A stretch of DNA of 64,000 bases from Candidatus Hodarchaeota archaeon (lineage in GTDB: Archaea > Asgardarchaeota > Heimdallarchaeia > Hodarchaeales > Hodarchaeaceae), in NCBI GenBank assembly GCA_029856365.1, contig JAHQWW010000007.1, positions 5,778-69,777 of the forward strand. The letters run 5' to 3'. The notes under the pieces are model-generated. The model was not told the DNA's origin, made no database searches, and saw only the letters and a list, made by a program, of their open reading frames with translations. Of the stretch, positions 1 through 8,468 are shown in pieces; the stretch's first letter is position 1, and each line of letters opens with the position of its first letter. Both the position numbers and the translations under genes were made by a program.

Positions 1-275
1 TCTTTCTCTCCGCTGAAGCTAAAGCTTTAATGAAACTAAAAGAAGAAGAAACTAAGGAATTTATTGATCAATTAGGAGTATTAGCTGAGATTTTTATGAT
101 TTTAGGAGTAGTTGCCCCCTTATTCTTCGTAGTAATTGCGGCTATTCTTTCTGTCATTACAAAGGATGCTATTACGGGGCTCGTTATTCTTATGTTACTA
201 TTAGCATACCTTATTATGCCTATCTCATTAATGATAATGATTTTACTAATCTCTACTATTTCACGCGAAATATAA
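1..275 (+). CDS. C-terminal fragment of a T2SS-F/FlaJ/TadC-family polytopic membrane protein (5' end outside the window)
   Basis: The reading frame is open from the window edge (FLSAEAKALMKLK...). It has two hydrophobic helices typical of the end of a GspF-type domain. A paralogous T2SS-F gene follows. Confidence 0.45.
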   Translation, partial: FLSAEAKALMKLKEEETKEFIDQLGVLAEIFMILGVVAPLFFVVIAAILSVITKDAITGLVILMLLLAYLIMPISLMIMILLISTISREI

Positions 276-297
276 TACTAAAGGAGGTTTCAAAATA

Positions 298-1299
298 ATG
301 GGAAAGTTAACGACAAAACGTGAACAGCGAATCTGGATTATTTCAGTGATTCTCTGTATAATTGGATTAATTATTTCTTTTACCTTTTACGTTCCTGTTC
401 TAGAACACATCTTTGACTTTATCGAAAATCCTCCTTCCCTCGCAAATCGTGATAATATAGATTCATATCTTTTTTCTATAAGAGAAGTGAGTCTTACCTC
501 TGTATTTTCATTTGGTTTTATTGACCTTTTAGATTTTACATTTTTAACAATTCTTGTTTTAATTTTCCTCCCAGCTTGGATCTATCATTCTGATCGAAGA
601 TGGCGTGATAACATTGATGATCACATTCCTTCTTTGTTACGTGAGATTTCTGATGCTCAGAAGACTGGCCTTCCTTTACCAAGAGCAATTTTGGAAGCTT
701 CAAAACATCAATATGGTGAACTAACACCTGAATTAAAAAAAATGGCAGCCAAGATCAGTTGGGGAATCCCTTTTAGCAAAACTTTACGAACTTTAACTGA
801 GACTGCTGATACTACACTAATGAAAAGAACTTCACTATTAATTTTAGAAGCAGAACGCTCTGGAGGAGCTATTGAGGATGTTTTTGAATCAGCTCACAAA
901 CATGTATCAGAAATATTAGGTCTAAAACGAGAACGCCTCGCAGCGATGAAACCCTATACTTGGATTATCTATGCATCCTTCATTGTATTTGCTTTTGTAA
1001 TGATTATTCTACTTATAACATTTTTTCAAGGATTAGCAAATCAGATTGTTGATTCTGTAAGAGCAGAACAAGCACCTACGGCAGCATTGCCATTCTGCGT
1101 GGCAGGTTTACAATTGATCTTTTTTCATATGATGATTATTGAAGCTGTATTCGCAGGTCTCATTGCTGGAAAGATGGGTGAAGGAGATGCTAAAATTGGG
1201 CTTCGACATTCTTGTATTCTTTTAATTCTCTGCTACATTATGTTTAAAGCCATAATTATCGGACCAGAGATTCTTGGGTTTTTGGAAACGATCGCGTGA
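298..1299 (+). CDS. Type IV pilus/archaellum-type assembly platform protein (T2SS-F domain, FlaJ/TadC/PilC family)
   Basis: Cytoplasmic helical domain IPSLLREISDAQKTGLPLPRAILEAS...ISWGIPFSKTLRTL...LILEAERSGGAIEDVF flanked by TM helices. A GGAGG-like SD (aaggaggt) lies upstream. Confidence 0.75.
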   Translation: MGKLTTKREQRIWIISVILCIIGLIISFTFYVPVLEHIFDFIENPPSLANRDNIDSYLFSIREVSLTSVFSFGFIDLLDFTFLTILVLIFLPAWIYHSDRRWRDNIDDHIPSLLREISDAQKTGLPLPRAILEASKHQYGELTPELKKMAAKISWGIPFSKTLRTLTETADTTLMKRTSLLILEAERSGGAIEDVFESAHKHVSEILGLKRERLAAMKPYTWIIYASFIVFAFVMIILLITFFQGLANQIVDSVRAEQAPTAALPFCVAGLQLIFFHMMIIEAVFAGLIAGKMGEGDAKIGLRHSCILLILCYIMFKAIIIGPEILGFLETIA

Positions 1300-1310
1300 G
1301 GTTATTATTT

Positions 1311-1766
1311 ATGGGAAAAGAAGAAAAAATGCTATCAGAATTACTAGAAAAAGTTTCAGCACTAGAAGATAAGCTAACCAACATGGAGTTTCTAATGGTT
1401 CAAGGTATGGGATCAGGAGGACCAACTCTCAAAACTCCATCCTTTTCATCCGCTTCTGCTCCGATAACTGGCCCTGTTGAAGTCGACTTAGCCCCTCTCG
1501 AGAGGAGAATATCTGAAATTGAAGGTAACGTCACAGAGATGATGAATAAACTTAATAACTTAGCAGACTTAACTTCCGCATTAAAGACAGAGAAAACACA
1601 GAAAGCAGATGAGTTAATTTCCCAAGCCACCTCTCTTTTGGAGAAAGGGCTTCAATTAACTGAATTAGAAACTACAATGCTCGAATTAAAAGATCGCATT
1701 CAGGAAATAGTTATTCAACTTGAAGTAGCCAATGTTGGTTCCTCGAATGATGAGGGCATGTCTTAG
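1311..1766 (+). CDS. Coiled-coil protein of unknown function inside the pilus-like locus
   Basis: The ATG at 1311 is preceded by gaggt. Heptad-rich sequence with a low-complexity Gly/Ser/Pro linker and no recognisable motif. Confidence 0.45.
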   Translation: MGKEEKMLSELLEKVSALEDKLTNMEFLMVQGMGSGGPTLKTPSFSSASAPITGPVEVDLAPLERRISEIEGNVTEMMNKLNNLADLTSALKTEKTQKADELISQATSLLEKGLQLTELETTMLELKDRIQEIVIQLEVANVGSSNDEGMS

Positions 1767-1797
1767 TATCCTTAAATGAGAATTTTCAGAAAGATAA

Positions 1798-2967
1798 ATG
1801 TGTAATAAAATGGTTTTTTCAAGACTTAAAAAACGACGGTGTGGACAGATTAGAGCTGTCGACTTCGTGGTGAGTCTTTTTCTCTTCTTACTCATGTTAT
1901 CACAGTTGATTTTGATTATCATTAATGTCCAATCTAGTATTAGAACAGGTACAATTGGAACCCTAACTTATGAGGAATTAGATATCTTTGGACGTAAATT
2001 ACTTTTTGAGGAAGGAGATACTAACTGGGGATATCTACAAAAGCTTCCAAGAACATTTGGACTTGCAGATTCAAATTCACATTCACTCTTGACTTTAGAT
2101 AGCGCAAAAATAGCACGACTCATTACTGGTACCTTTCTCCCTATATCACCTGTATCGGGATTCGATATGTATGACTATACAACTCTTAAGGAGACTGTAG
2201 GTCTGGAAAGGGAATATGATTTCAAATTGGGATTTTATCCTTTGTTAGAACCAGAAATAACTGTATCCACATCAGATTTTGCTCAAGTTAAAGTTACAGA
2301 TACTTATAATGCTCCTATTTCTAACGCTCAGGTTAATTTCTTTACCATTGATCTGACCAATGGAGATGTAATTTCAGAAGGATCAACACTAACAGACTCA
2401 AGAGGAGATACGACCCTCCAACTGTCAGATCCCACCAGAAATGATCCAAAGGGTGAACATATTGTATTTATTATTGTAGAAAAAGGTCCTCTCTGGGGAA
2501 TGAATTGGGGATTCCACGATCCTACATCTGAAACAGTTATTATCGGTTCAACTTCAACCACTGCTGTTTGGGGAGGAGGTATTAATACTTCCAGCCTGTT
2601 GATAACAGATAGACTGGAAGAGACTCCTGATTCACATTTTCTCTCTATCATATATCAAAACAGTACATCGTGCTATTTCAATAAAACAATGGACTTATCT
2701 ACGGCTTATGAGGGAAATGAAACAGTTTCAATTCCTAATGAGGGATTAATTACTTTTTTCAGTATTGCAAGGATCAATGATGAATACCAAGTAGGAATAG
2801 GAACATATCCTTCAATTTTAGATCGTGATTCAACTAGTGGAATATTTTATCAGGTATTTGGTGAGTTAATTCCTAATGAGAGAATCAAATCAATGCTATC
2901 AAGATTATACCCTATTATCGTCAGAGGTACATTGATGAGATGCCAACTTACCATCTGGAGAAGATAG
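1798..2967 (+). CDS. Pilin-like secreted protein with class III (type IV prepilin-like) signal and beta-rich Ig/CarboxypepD_reg-like domain
   Basis: N-terminus KKRRCGQIRAVDFVVSLFLFLLML (basic stretch, G-Q, hydrophobic helix). Segment VKVTDTYNAPISNAQVNFFTIDLTNGDVISEGSTLTDSRGDTTLQL resembles a regulatory Ig-like fold. Confidence 0.5.
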   Translation: MCNKMVFSRLKKRRCGQIRAVDFVVSLFLFLLMLSQLILIIINVQSSIRTGTIGTLTYEELDIFGRKLLFEEGDTNWGYLQKLPRTFGLADSNSHSLLTLDSAKIARLITGTFLPISPVSGFDMYDYTTLKETVGLEREYDFKLGFYPLLEPEITVSTSDFAQVKVTDTYNAPISNAQVNFFTIDLTNGDVISEGSTLTDSRGDTTLQLSDPTRNDPKGEHIVFIIVEKGPLWGMNWGFHDPTSETVIIGSTSTTAVWGGGINTSSLLITDRLEETPDSHFLSIIYQNSTSCYFNKTMDLSTAYEGNETVSIPNEGLITFFSIARINDEYQVGIGTYPSILDRDSTSGIFYQVFGELIPNERIKSMLSRLYPIIVRGTLMRCQLTIWRR

Positions 2968-2971
2968 AACA

Positions 2972-3484
2972 ATGCAAAAAAATCGAGACCATGCCCATAG
3001 AGGCCAACTTCAAATCGCAGAAACACTTGTTTCTGTGGCTTTAATGTTAGTTCTCGCTCTTCTCCTGATTAATGCGACTAACCAAACACTATCTCCCTAT
3101 TCCAATCTTACAAGCATGGATCAATCAGCAACAGATATTCTTATAGCTGCAGATGAAGCAGGGCTATTACGACCCGTAATATATCTTTATGGTGACACTA
3201 AATATGAAGCTGATTATTCTTCATACAGAAGTCAACTGGAAGAATACATTTCCATTGTCGTCTCTGACAACATTGATTATGCATTAATTGCACATGAAAT
3301 CAACAATAATACTGTAGAATCTAATTATTTCAGCCCTATTGGCTCTTCAACAGCTATTTCAGCAATACAGCAAGGAGGAGAGGGAGTTGTTGCAAACTAC
3401 CACTTAGGCTCCTTTACTTCCGCTACTTTTGGTCATTATTCCACACAATATCTTATTCAATTATATTTATGGGAGAAATTCTAG
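2972..3484 (+). CDS. Archaeal type IV pilin-like protein (class III signal peptide)
   Basis: N-terminus HAHRGQLQIAETLVSVALMLVLALLLI: R-G/Q cleavage-type motif followed by a hydrophobic helix. Confidence 0.6.
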   Translation: MQKNRDHAHRGQLQIAETLVSVALMLVLALLLINATNQTLSPYSNLTSMDQSATDILIAADEAGLLRPVIYLYGDTKYEADYSSYRSQLEEYISIVVSDNIDYALIAHEINNNTVESNYFSPIGSSTAISAIQQGGEGVVANYHLGSFTSATFGHYSTQYLIQLYLWEKF

Positions 3485-4207
3485 ATGGAGTTTTTAGGAT
3501 TCATATACATGAAATATCGTCACCGAGGTCAAATGTTCATCTTAGCAACAATGTTGATTGCAGTCTATATTGTTACGATGACGGCAGCTTTGATGAATCT
3601 TGGAGCTGAGCAAATCAAATTTGATCGTGAATCAATACGAGAGCCATACTTAGATTCAAAGCGTGAAATTCAAAATTATTTAGAACTAATTCTCGCTGAG
3701 TATAGTAAAAATGGAACCACAATAAAGAGTGCTACTATCGCGAAAACTAAAATCGAGGAATTCTTAGTAGGAATGGGGAGCTTCTATTTCACCCGTGGTG
3801 TCAATTTGAAAGTTCAATTACGCAATAATAACTTCAATATCATAGCAAAGCAATCCCCATATGAGAATATCTCTGATGGGGCTGTTTACACCAGTGAAAT
3901 TCATGCAGAATTTAATTTGAGGATGAGTTCTGTGTCCTCCACATTTAACATTGATGAATCCTTTACTATTGTCTTTGTTGGCCGGGCTGAAATTCAAGGG
4001 AATCGTATTATTGTTCAACAAAAGACTGAAAACCAGTTTGAATACATTGAAGCTGCGTCAGTCAATATCTTCAATGGTTCTAGTCGTTTTTTTCCTAATG
4101 TAAATCCAGATCAAACTGGAGTTTATTACTTTGAGGGGAAAAATAATCTAAATGATCTAGGAGTTCTCAATGTTACTTTAATGAATGGAGTTCAAATTCT
4201 CTCGTGA
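3485..4207 (+). CDS. Archaeal type IV pilin-like protein (class III signal peptide)
   Basis: KYRHRGQMFILATMLIAVYIVTMTAAL motif. The start may be the internal ATG at 3509. It abuts the previous stop. Confidence 0.55.
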   Translation: MEFLGFIYMKYRHRGQMFILATMLIAVYIVTMTAALMNLGAEQIKFDRESIREPYLDSKREIQNYLELILAEYSKNGTTIKSATIAKTKIEEFLVGMGSFYFTRGVNLKVQLRNNNFNIIAKQSPYENISDGAVYTSEIHAEFNLRMSSVSSTFNIDESFTIVFVGRAEIQGNRIIVQQKTENQFEYIEAASVNIFNGSSRFFPNVNPDQTGVYYFEGKNNLNDLGVLNVTLMNGVQILS

Positions 4208-4213
4208 GAGGAA

Positions 4214-7200
4214 ATGATTGAGAAAGAATTTCAGGAATACATTCAAAATATAAAAAAAATTCTTGAAACTCAAGTTCAGCTTGCAACACAAGCTCGGGCC
4301 CTCAAAATAGATCCCCAAACCACAATAGAAACTAAACTTACATATTCTTCGGAAGCAAAAATCGCTGCTATTCTAAATATCCCTAGATTAAAGGAATATC
4401 TCCCTCAAAATATTTCACAGCATGAAAATCCCCTCCTTTTAGCAGCGGATATTGCCAAACAAATAGTTAATGGCCGGTTTGTAAAGAAAACCCGTGAGAA
4501 TCTAATATTATTAGCATTGCACAGCGCTTTAGTGATTTTAAGTCAGGGATTAATCTCTGTTCCTCAGGAAAGTATTCCAAAGGTTTCGATTGGATCTAAA
4601 TCTAATCATTTAACGATTTACTTTTCTAATACAATACGATATGCCACTGGGGAAACTATTGGCTTAGTCATCCTCATTGCAGACTATATTCGGCATATAT
4701 TGCACTTAAACCGCTTTAACCCTTCCCCAGAGTTGACGGGAAGATATATTGAAGAATTAGAACTTTTTCTTACCATGAATGATCGTTTTCAACATCTAAG
4801 AATAGATTTAATCAGATTTCTCGTTCAAAACATTGGTGTTGAAATCTCTGGAGAAGCATATGAACGAATTGAAGTTAAGAAATATAGAAATTTGCCTAAT
4901 ATGACGAATAAACTTCGAATGGGGATGTGTGTAGCTTTTGATAAAATAATTGGAAACATCAATTCAATTGCTTATCGTCGTTTAGCATCAGGGATTCCTG
5001 AATGGCAGTGGTTGAAACCCTCTTTTGATAGGATAAGACGTGGAAAACACGAGTTTGGGCGAAGAGAAATGCGTGGAACGCAGCCTTTACTCTCAAGGTC
5101 GAGAAAACCTGGAGGTTTTAGATTGAGATATGGTCTATCACGTAATACTAGTCAAGGTGCAGCAGGAATCCATCCTGCAACAATGTACCTGACCGAAATG
5201 CTCTCTCCAGGCACAAACATAAAAATTGATTTCATGGAACGGCCACTTACAATATTTCCAGTTTCCAGCTTATCTGGTCCATTTGTTGAATTAAAGGATG
5301 GTTCAAGCGAGAGAATTGAATCTTTAGCGAGAATTTGTGATATAGAAAATCAGGTAGTGCAGATCTGGGAAATGGGAGACATTCTACTCTCTCCTGATGA
5401 TATTCCTGTTACTGAAACTGTCGAATTATCTGCTTGGACAGAAGAATGGTGGAGTCAAGAAATCAAGCACTATATTTACTCGAAAATGAGATCGCTAGAG
5501 AATTTTGCATTAAGTCTAAATATTAACCCCAAAAAGTTAGAAGATTTGTTAACAGAACCAACCCAGTGTAAACCCTCTCCGGAAATTGCTCTTAATCTAA
5601 GTAAGATAAGTAATATACCTATTCATCCCTTCTATTCTTTTAACTGGAATGAAATTGCTATAAGTGATCTAATAAGATTAATTCAGAAACTCAATGATTC
5701 CAGTGATGGCTTACTTCCTAATGAAGATGATTTAAAGGAAATTCTTAGACGATTAGGTGTCCCCTTCATTATTTATAAAGATTACATTCAAACAGAACGA
5801 TTTCAATTATTTATTCGAGCATTAAGAGGAAAAGAAGACCAATTAACTAAGTTCATTTCAAAATCATTAAAACCAATAGAAATCGAAAAATTAATTCCAA
5901 TCCTTACAAAGATTCCTGTACGATCATTATGTCAAAGAAGAATCGGATTGAAAATCATTCGAGTTGAAAAAGCGGAACCTCGACATATAAATCCACCAGC
6001 ACACGTACTTTTCCCCATTAGTTCTCATGGTGGTGCCCAAAGAAATCTTTTAAAAGTTAAAAACACAACTAGTGTAGATATTCAGGTTTCCGAAAGGTTC
6101 TGTGAAACATGTAAGGAATCTACCTTTGTTTCATATTGTCTAAAATGCCAACAGAAAACCAAGCAACAATTTGTTTGTAAAAAGGGGCACATTTCTAGCA
6201 CACAAACATGTATGGAATGTGGCCAATATGCTTTTTCTGCAAGAGTTAAACCTGTTGATGTGGCAAGATTATTGGAATCAGGCTTTCAACAGGTAGGATC
6301 TCTTGAATTAAAAATAGTTAAAGGAGTTTCCTTTCTCAACAGCAAGAACCGAATACCCGAACACATCATTAAAGGCATATTACGAGCAAAACACAAAATT
6401 TTTGTTTACAAGGACGGGACAAGCCGTTTTGATCAAACCAATGCGCATCTCACCCACTTTACTCCTGAAGAAATTCATATCTCCATCAAGGATCTCATAA
6501 GATTAGGGTATTCTCACGATGTTAATGGAAATGACTTAACCCAAGAAAATCAGTTAATTGAGATTAATCCTTATGATGTAATAGTGAGTAAAGCAGCAGG
6601 TAATTTTCTTGTAAATTTATCCAATTTCATTGATGATGAATTAGTCTTTTTGTATGATCTTTCACCTTATTATAGAATATATTCACTTAAGGATATTATG
6701 GGCTCTTTAATTGTGGGTTTGTCACCTTTTTCGATGGTAGCTGTTATAGGTAGAGTAATTGGTTACACGGATAATAATGTTACTTATGCTCATCCTCTTT
6801 GGCACCTATTAAAAACTCGAAATTGTAACGGGGATATAGACTCAATGACACTGCTCTTAGATGTATTACTTAATTTTTCTACTGAATTTATTCCTGCTTC
6901 GCGTGGGGGGACAATGGATGCACCATTTATAATCAATCTTTCTGATAAATGGGAAGATACTTCAGTCTATGCAAATTATGATTCTGTATCGATGAATCTT
7001 TTATTTTATAGGAATCTAACTGAAAATCCTTTAAAAGATGAATTATTGTCTTACAAAAAGTCATACCTCATGCCCTCTTTTCCCAAATTTCATACGATAG
7101 ATAATATTTCTCATTATAACTTCGAGAATCGTTTTCGTGAGAGTAAAATAGTTTCCAAAATTGAGACCGAATTACGGGTTCTCAGCCGCATTCGGGGGGT

Positions 7201-7537
7201 AAAGGAAGGGGAGTTTGTTGAAAATATATTAGAAAACGATTTCCTGCCAAAAATTGCGACCTCATTGACTCGTTTCTTTCTTCAACCTGTACGATGCAAT
7301 ACATGTAATACTACCTTCAGACGGATCCCTCTTACAAAATGCCCTGTATGTCATCATCAGAATATGGGACTCACTTTATCAGAAGGATGGGTTTTAAGAT
7401 ATTTACAAATAATTAACCAGTTAAGAGATAGATATTATACAGACATTTCTGAATATTGTCAATCCTGGGTTGAACTGATTGAATTAAATAAACGTTTATT
7501 ATTCGATAAAGGCCCTCGTCCAACAACACTATTTTAA
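4214..7537 (+). CDS. DNA polymerase II (family D) large subunit DP2
   Basis: 1107 aa. Contains KPGGFRLRYGLSRNTSQGAAGIHPATMYL, HPLWHLLKTRNCNGDIDSMTLLLDVLLNFS...GGTMDAPFII, and C-terminal CxxC...CxxC Zn clusters. An SD gaggaa lies 7 nt after the upstream stop. Confidence 0.9.
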   Translation: MIEKEFQEYIQNIKKILETQVQLATQARALKIDPQTTIETKLTYSSEAKIAAILNIPRLKEYLPQNISQHENPLLLAADIAKQIVNGRFVKKTRENLILLALHSALVILSQGLISVPQESIPKVSIGSKSNHLTIYFSNTIRYATGETIGLVILIADYIRHILHLNRFNPSPELTGRYIEELELFLTMNDRFQHLRIDLIRFLVQNIGVEISGEAYERIEVKKYRNLPNMTNKLRMGMCVAFDKIIGNINSIAYRRLASGIPEWQWLKPSFDRIRRGKHEFGRREMRGTQPLLSRSRKPGGFRLRYGLSRNTSQGAAGIHPATMYLTEMLSPGTNIKIDFMERPLTIFPVSSLSGPFVELKDGSSERIESLARICDIENQVVQIWEMGDILLSPDDIPVTETVELSAWTEEWWSQEIKHYIYSKMRSLENFALSLNINPKKLEDLLTEPTQCKPSPEIALNLSKISNIPIHPFYSFNWNEIAISDLIRLIQKLNDSSDGLLPNEDDLKEILRRLGVPFIIYKDYIQTERFQLFIRALRGKEDQLTKFISKSLKPIEIEKLIPILTKIPVRSLCQRRIGLKIIRVEKAEPRHINPPAHVLFPISSHGGAQRNLLKVKNTTSVDIQVSERFCETCKESTFVSYCLKCQQKTKQQFVCKKGHISSTQTCMECGQYAFSARVKPVDVARLLESGFQQVGSLELKIVKGVSFLNSKNRIPEHIIKGILRAKHKIFVYKDGTSRFDQTNAHLTHFTPEEIHISIKDLIRLGYSHDVNGNDLTQENQLIEINPYDVIVSKAAGNFLVNLSNFIDDELVFLYDLSPYYRIYSLKDIMGSLIVGLSPFSMVAVIGRVIGYTDNNVTYAHPLWHLLKTRNCNGDIDSMTLLLDVLLNFSTEFIPASRGGTMDAPFIINLSDKWEDTSVYANYDSVSMNLLFYRNLTENPLKDELLSYKKSYLMPSFPKFHTIDNISHYNFENRFRESKIVSKIETELRVLSRIRGVKEGEFVENILENDFLPKIATSLTRFFLQPVRCNTCNTTFRRIPLTKCPVCHHQNMGLTLSEGWVLRYLQIINQLRDRYYTDISEYCQSWVELIELNKRLLFDKGPRPTTLF

Positions 7538-7760
7538 AGAAAGAAAATTTATCAATTATAAAGGCCTTCTGTTTCATCAGATTTCATCCAGTTACGAGGA
7601 TATACTCAGAAAACCCCGAGGAGTATTATAGAGAGAATTATAAATTTAAGATTTTGAAATCATTAATGAAAAAGTTTTTTTAGTTGATAAGAATAAAGAA
7701 CTTAGATTATTCTTACCGCAAAGAAAAGAAAAAGATGCGAGGAAAAACTCACATCCGCAG

Positions 7761-8417
7761 GTGATTAAAGGGTTGATAGATAACGAGAAAGAGGTTTTAA
7801 TAGGCAATCTACTGAAAACTTTGACAACTGGGAGTGTATCGAAGCAAAATAAAGGGATTATATCGATGCCAAGTGACCAACCTGTGACAGAAGCGGCAAA
7901 ATTGATGGTAGAGAATCGGATAGGTTCTATCATTATTAAAAATAACCAAATTGAAGGAATTATCACAAAGGGGGATATTATCAATCGTGTGGTAGGCCGT
8001 GCTTTAGACCCAGGAATTGTTGTAGTTGATGATGTTATGAGTAAACCTGTTTCTTATGTCTCTGAAGATGAAACTTTAGAGAACACTATGTTACTAATGG
8101 GTCAGGAAAACATCGAACGGATTTTAGTGGTTAAAGATAATGATCTTTCTCAACCTTTAGGGATCGTTTCCACAAATGATATACTTAAATTTGCTCCAGG
8201 ATTACTTCGAATTCACAGAGAGCGTCTTCTTATCGAAAATTTTTCTGGAAAGCACCCTGATGATAATAATCGCGAATCTATGAGGTTTGAAGGTTTTTGT
8301 GATGATTGTGGCAACTATTCGGATACTCTCAAAACAGCTAATGGCTATACATTATGTCCAGCCTGTATGGGATCTCAACCAGAAGAAGAGCAATCCCCTG
8401 ATGATGATATTATGTGA
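7761..8417 (+). CDS. CBS-domain pair protein with C-terminal zinc ribbon
   Basis: Two CBS repeats (VTEAAKLMVENRIGSIIIKNNQIEGIITKGDI and LENTMLLMGQENIERILVV...GIVSTNDIL), then CDDCGN...CPAC. A GTG start is inferred because the CBS fold begins before the first ATG. Confidence 0.7.
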   Translation: MIKGLIDNEKEVLIGNLLKTLTTGSVSKQNKGIISMPSDQPVTEAAKLMVENRIGSIIIKNNQIEGIITKGDIINRVVGRALDPGIVVVDDVMSKPVSYVSEDETLENTMLLMGQENIERILVVKDNDLSQPLGIVSTNDILKFAPGLLRIHRERLLIENFSGKHPDDNNRESMRFEGFCDDCGNYSDTLKTANGYTLCPACMGSQPEEEQSPDDDIM

Positions 8418-8468
8418 ACAACATCCTATCCACGCAACGGAACTTCGTTGGTGAAATCAAATGTGGCT

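Noticed and set aside
8398-8425. C-box-like TGATGA strings at the ends of coding regions and in spacers: 8401 at the CBS gene end, about 42693, and about 60939.
   Set aside because: None is followed by CTGA at the required 12-nt spacing, nor by a C'/D' pair.
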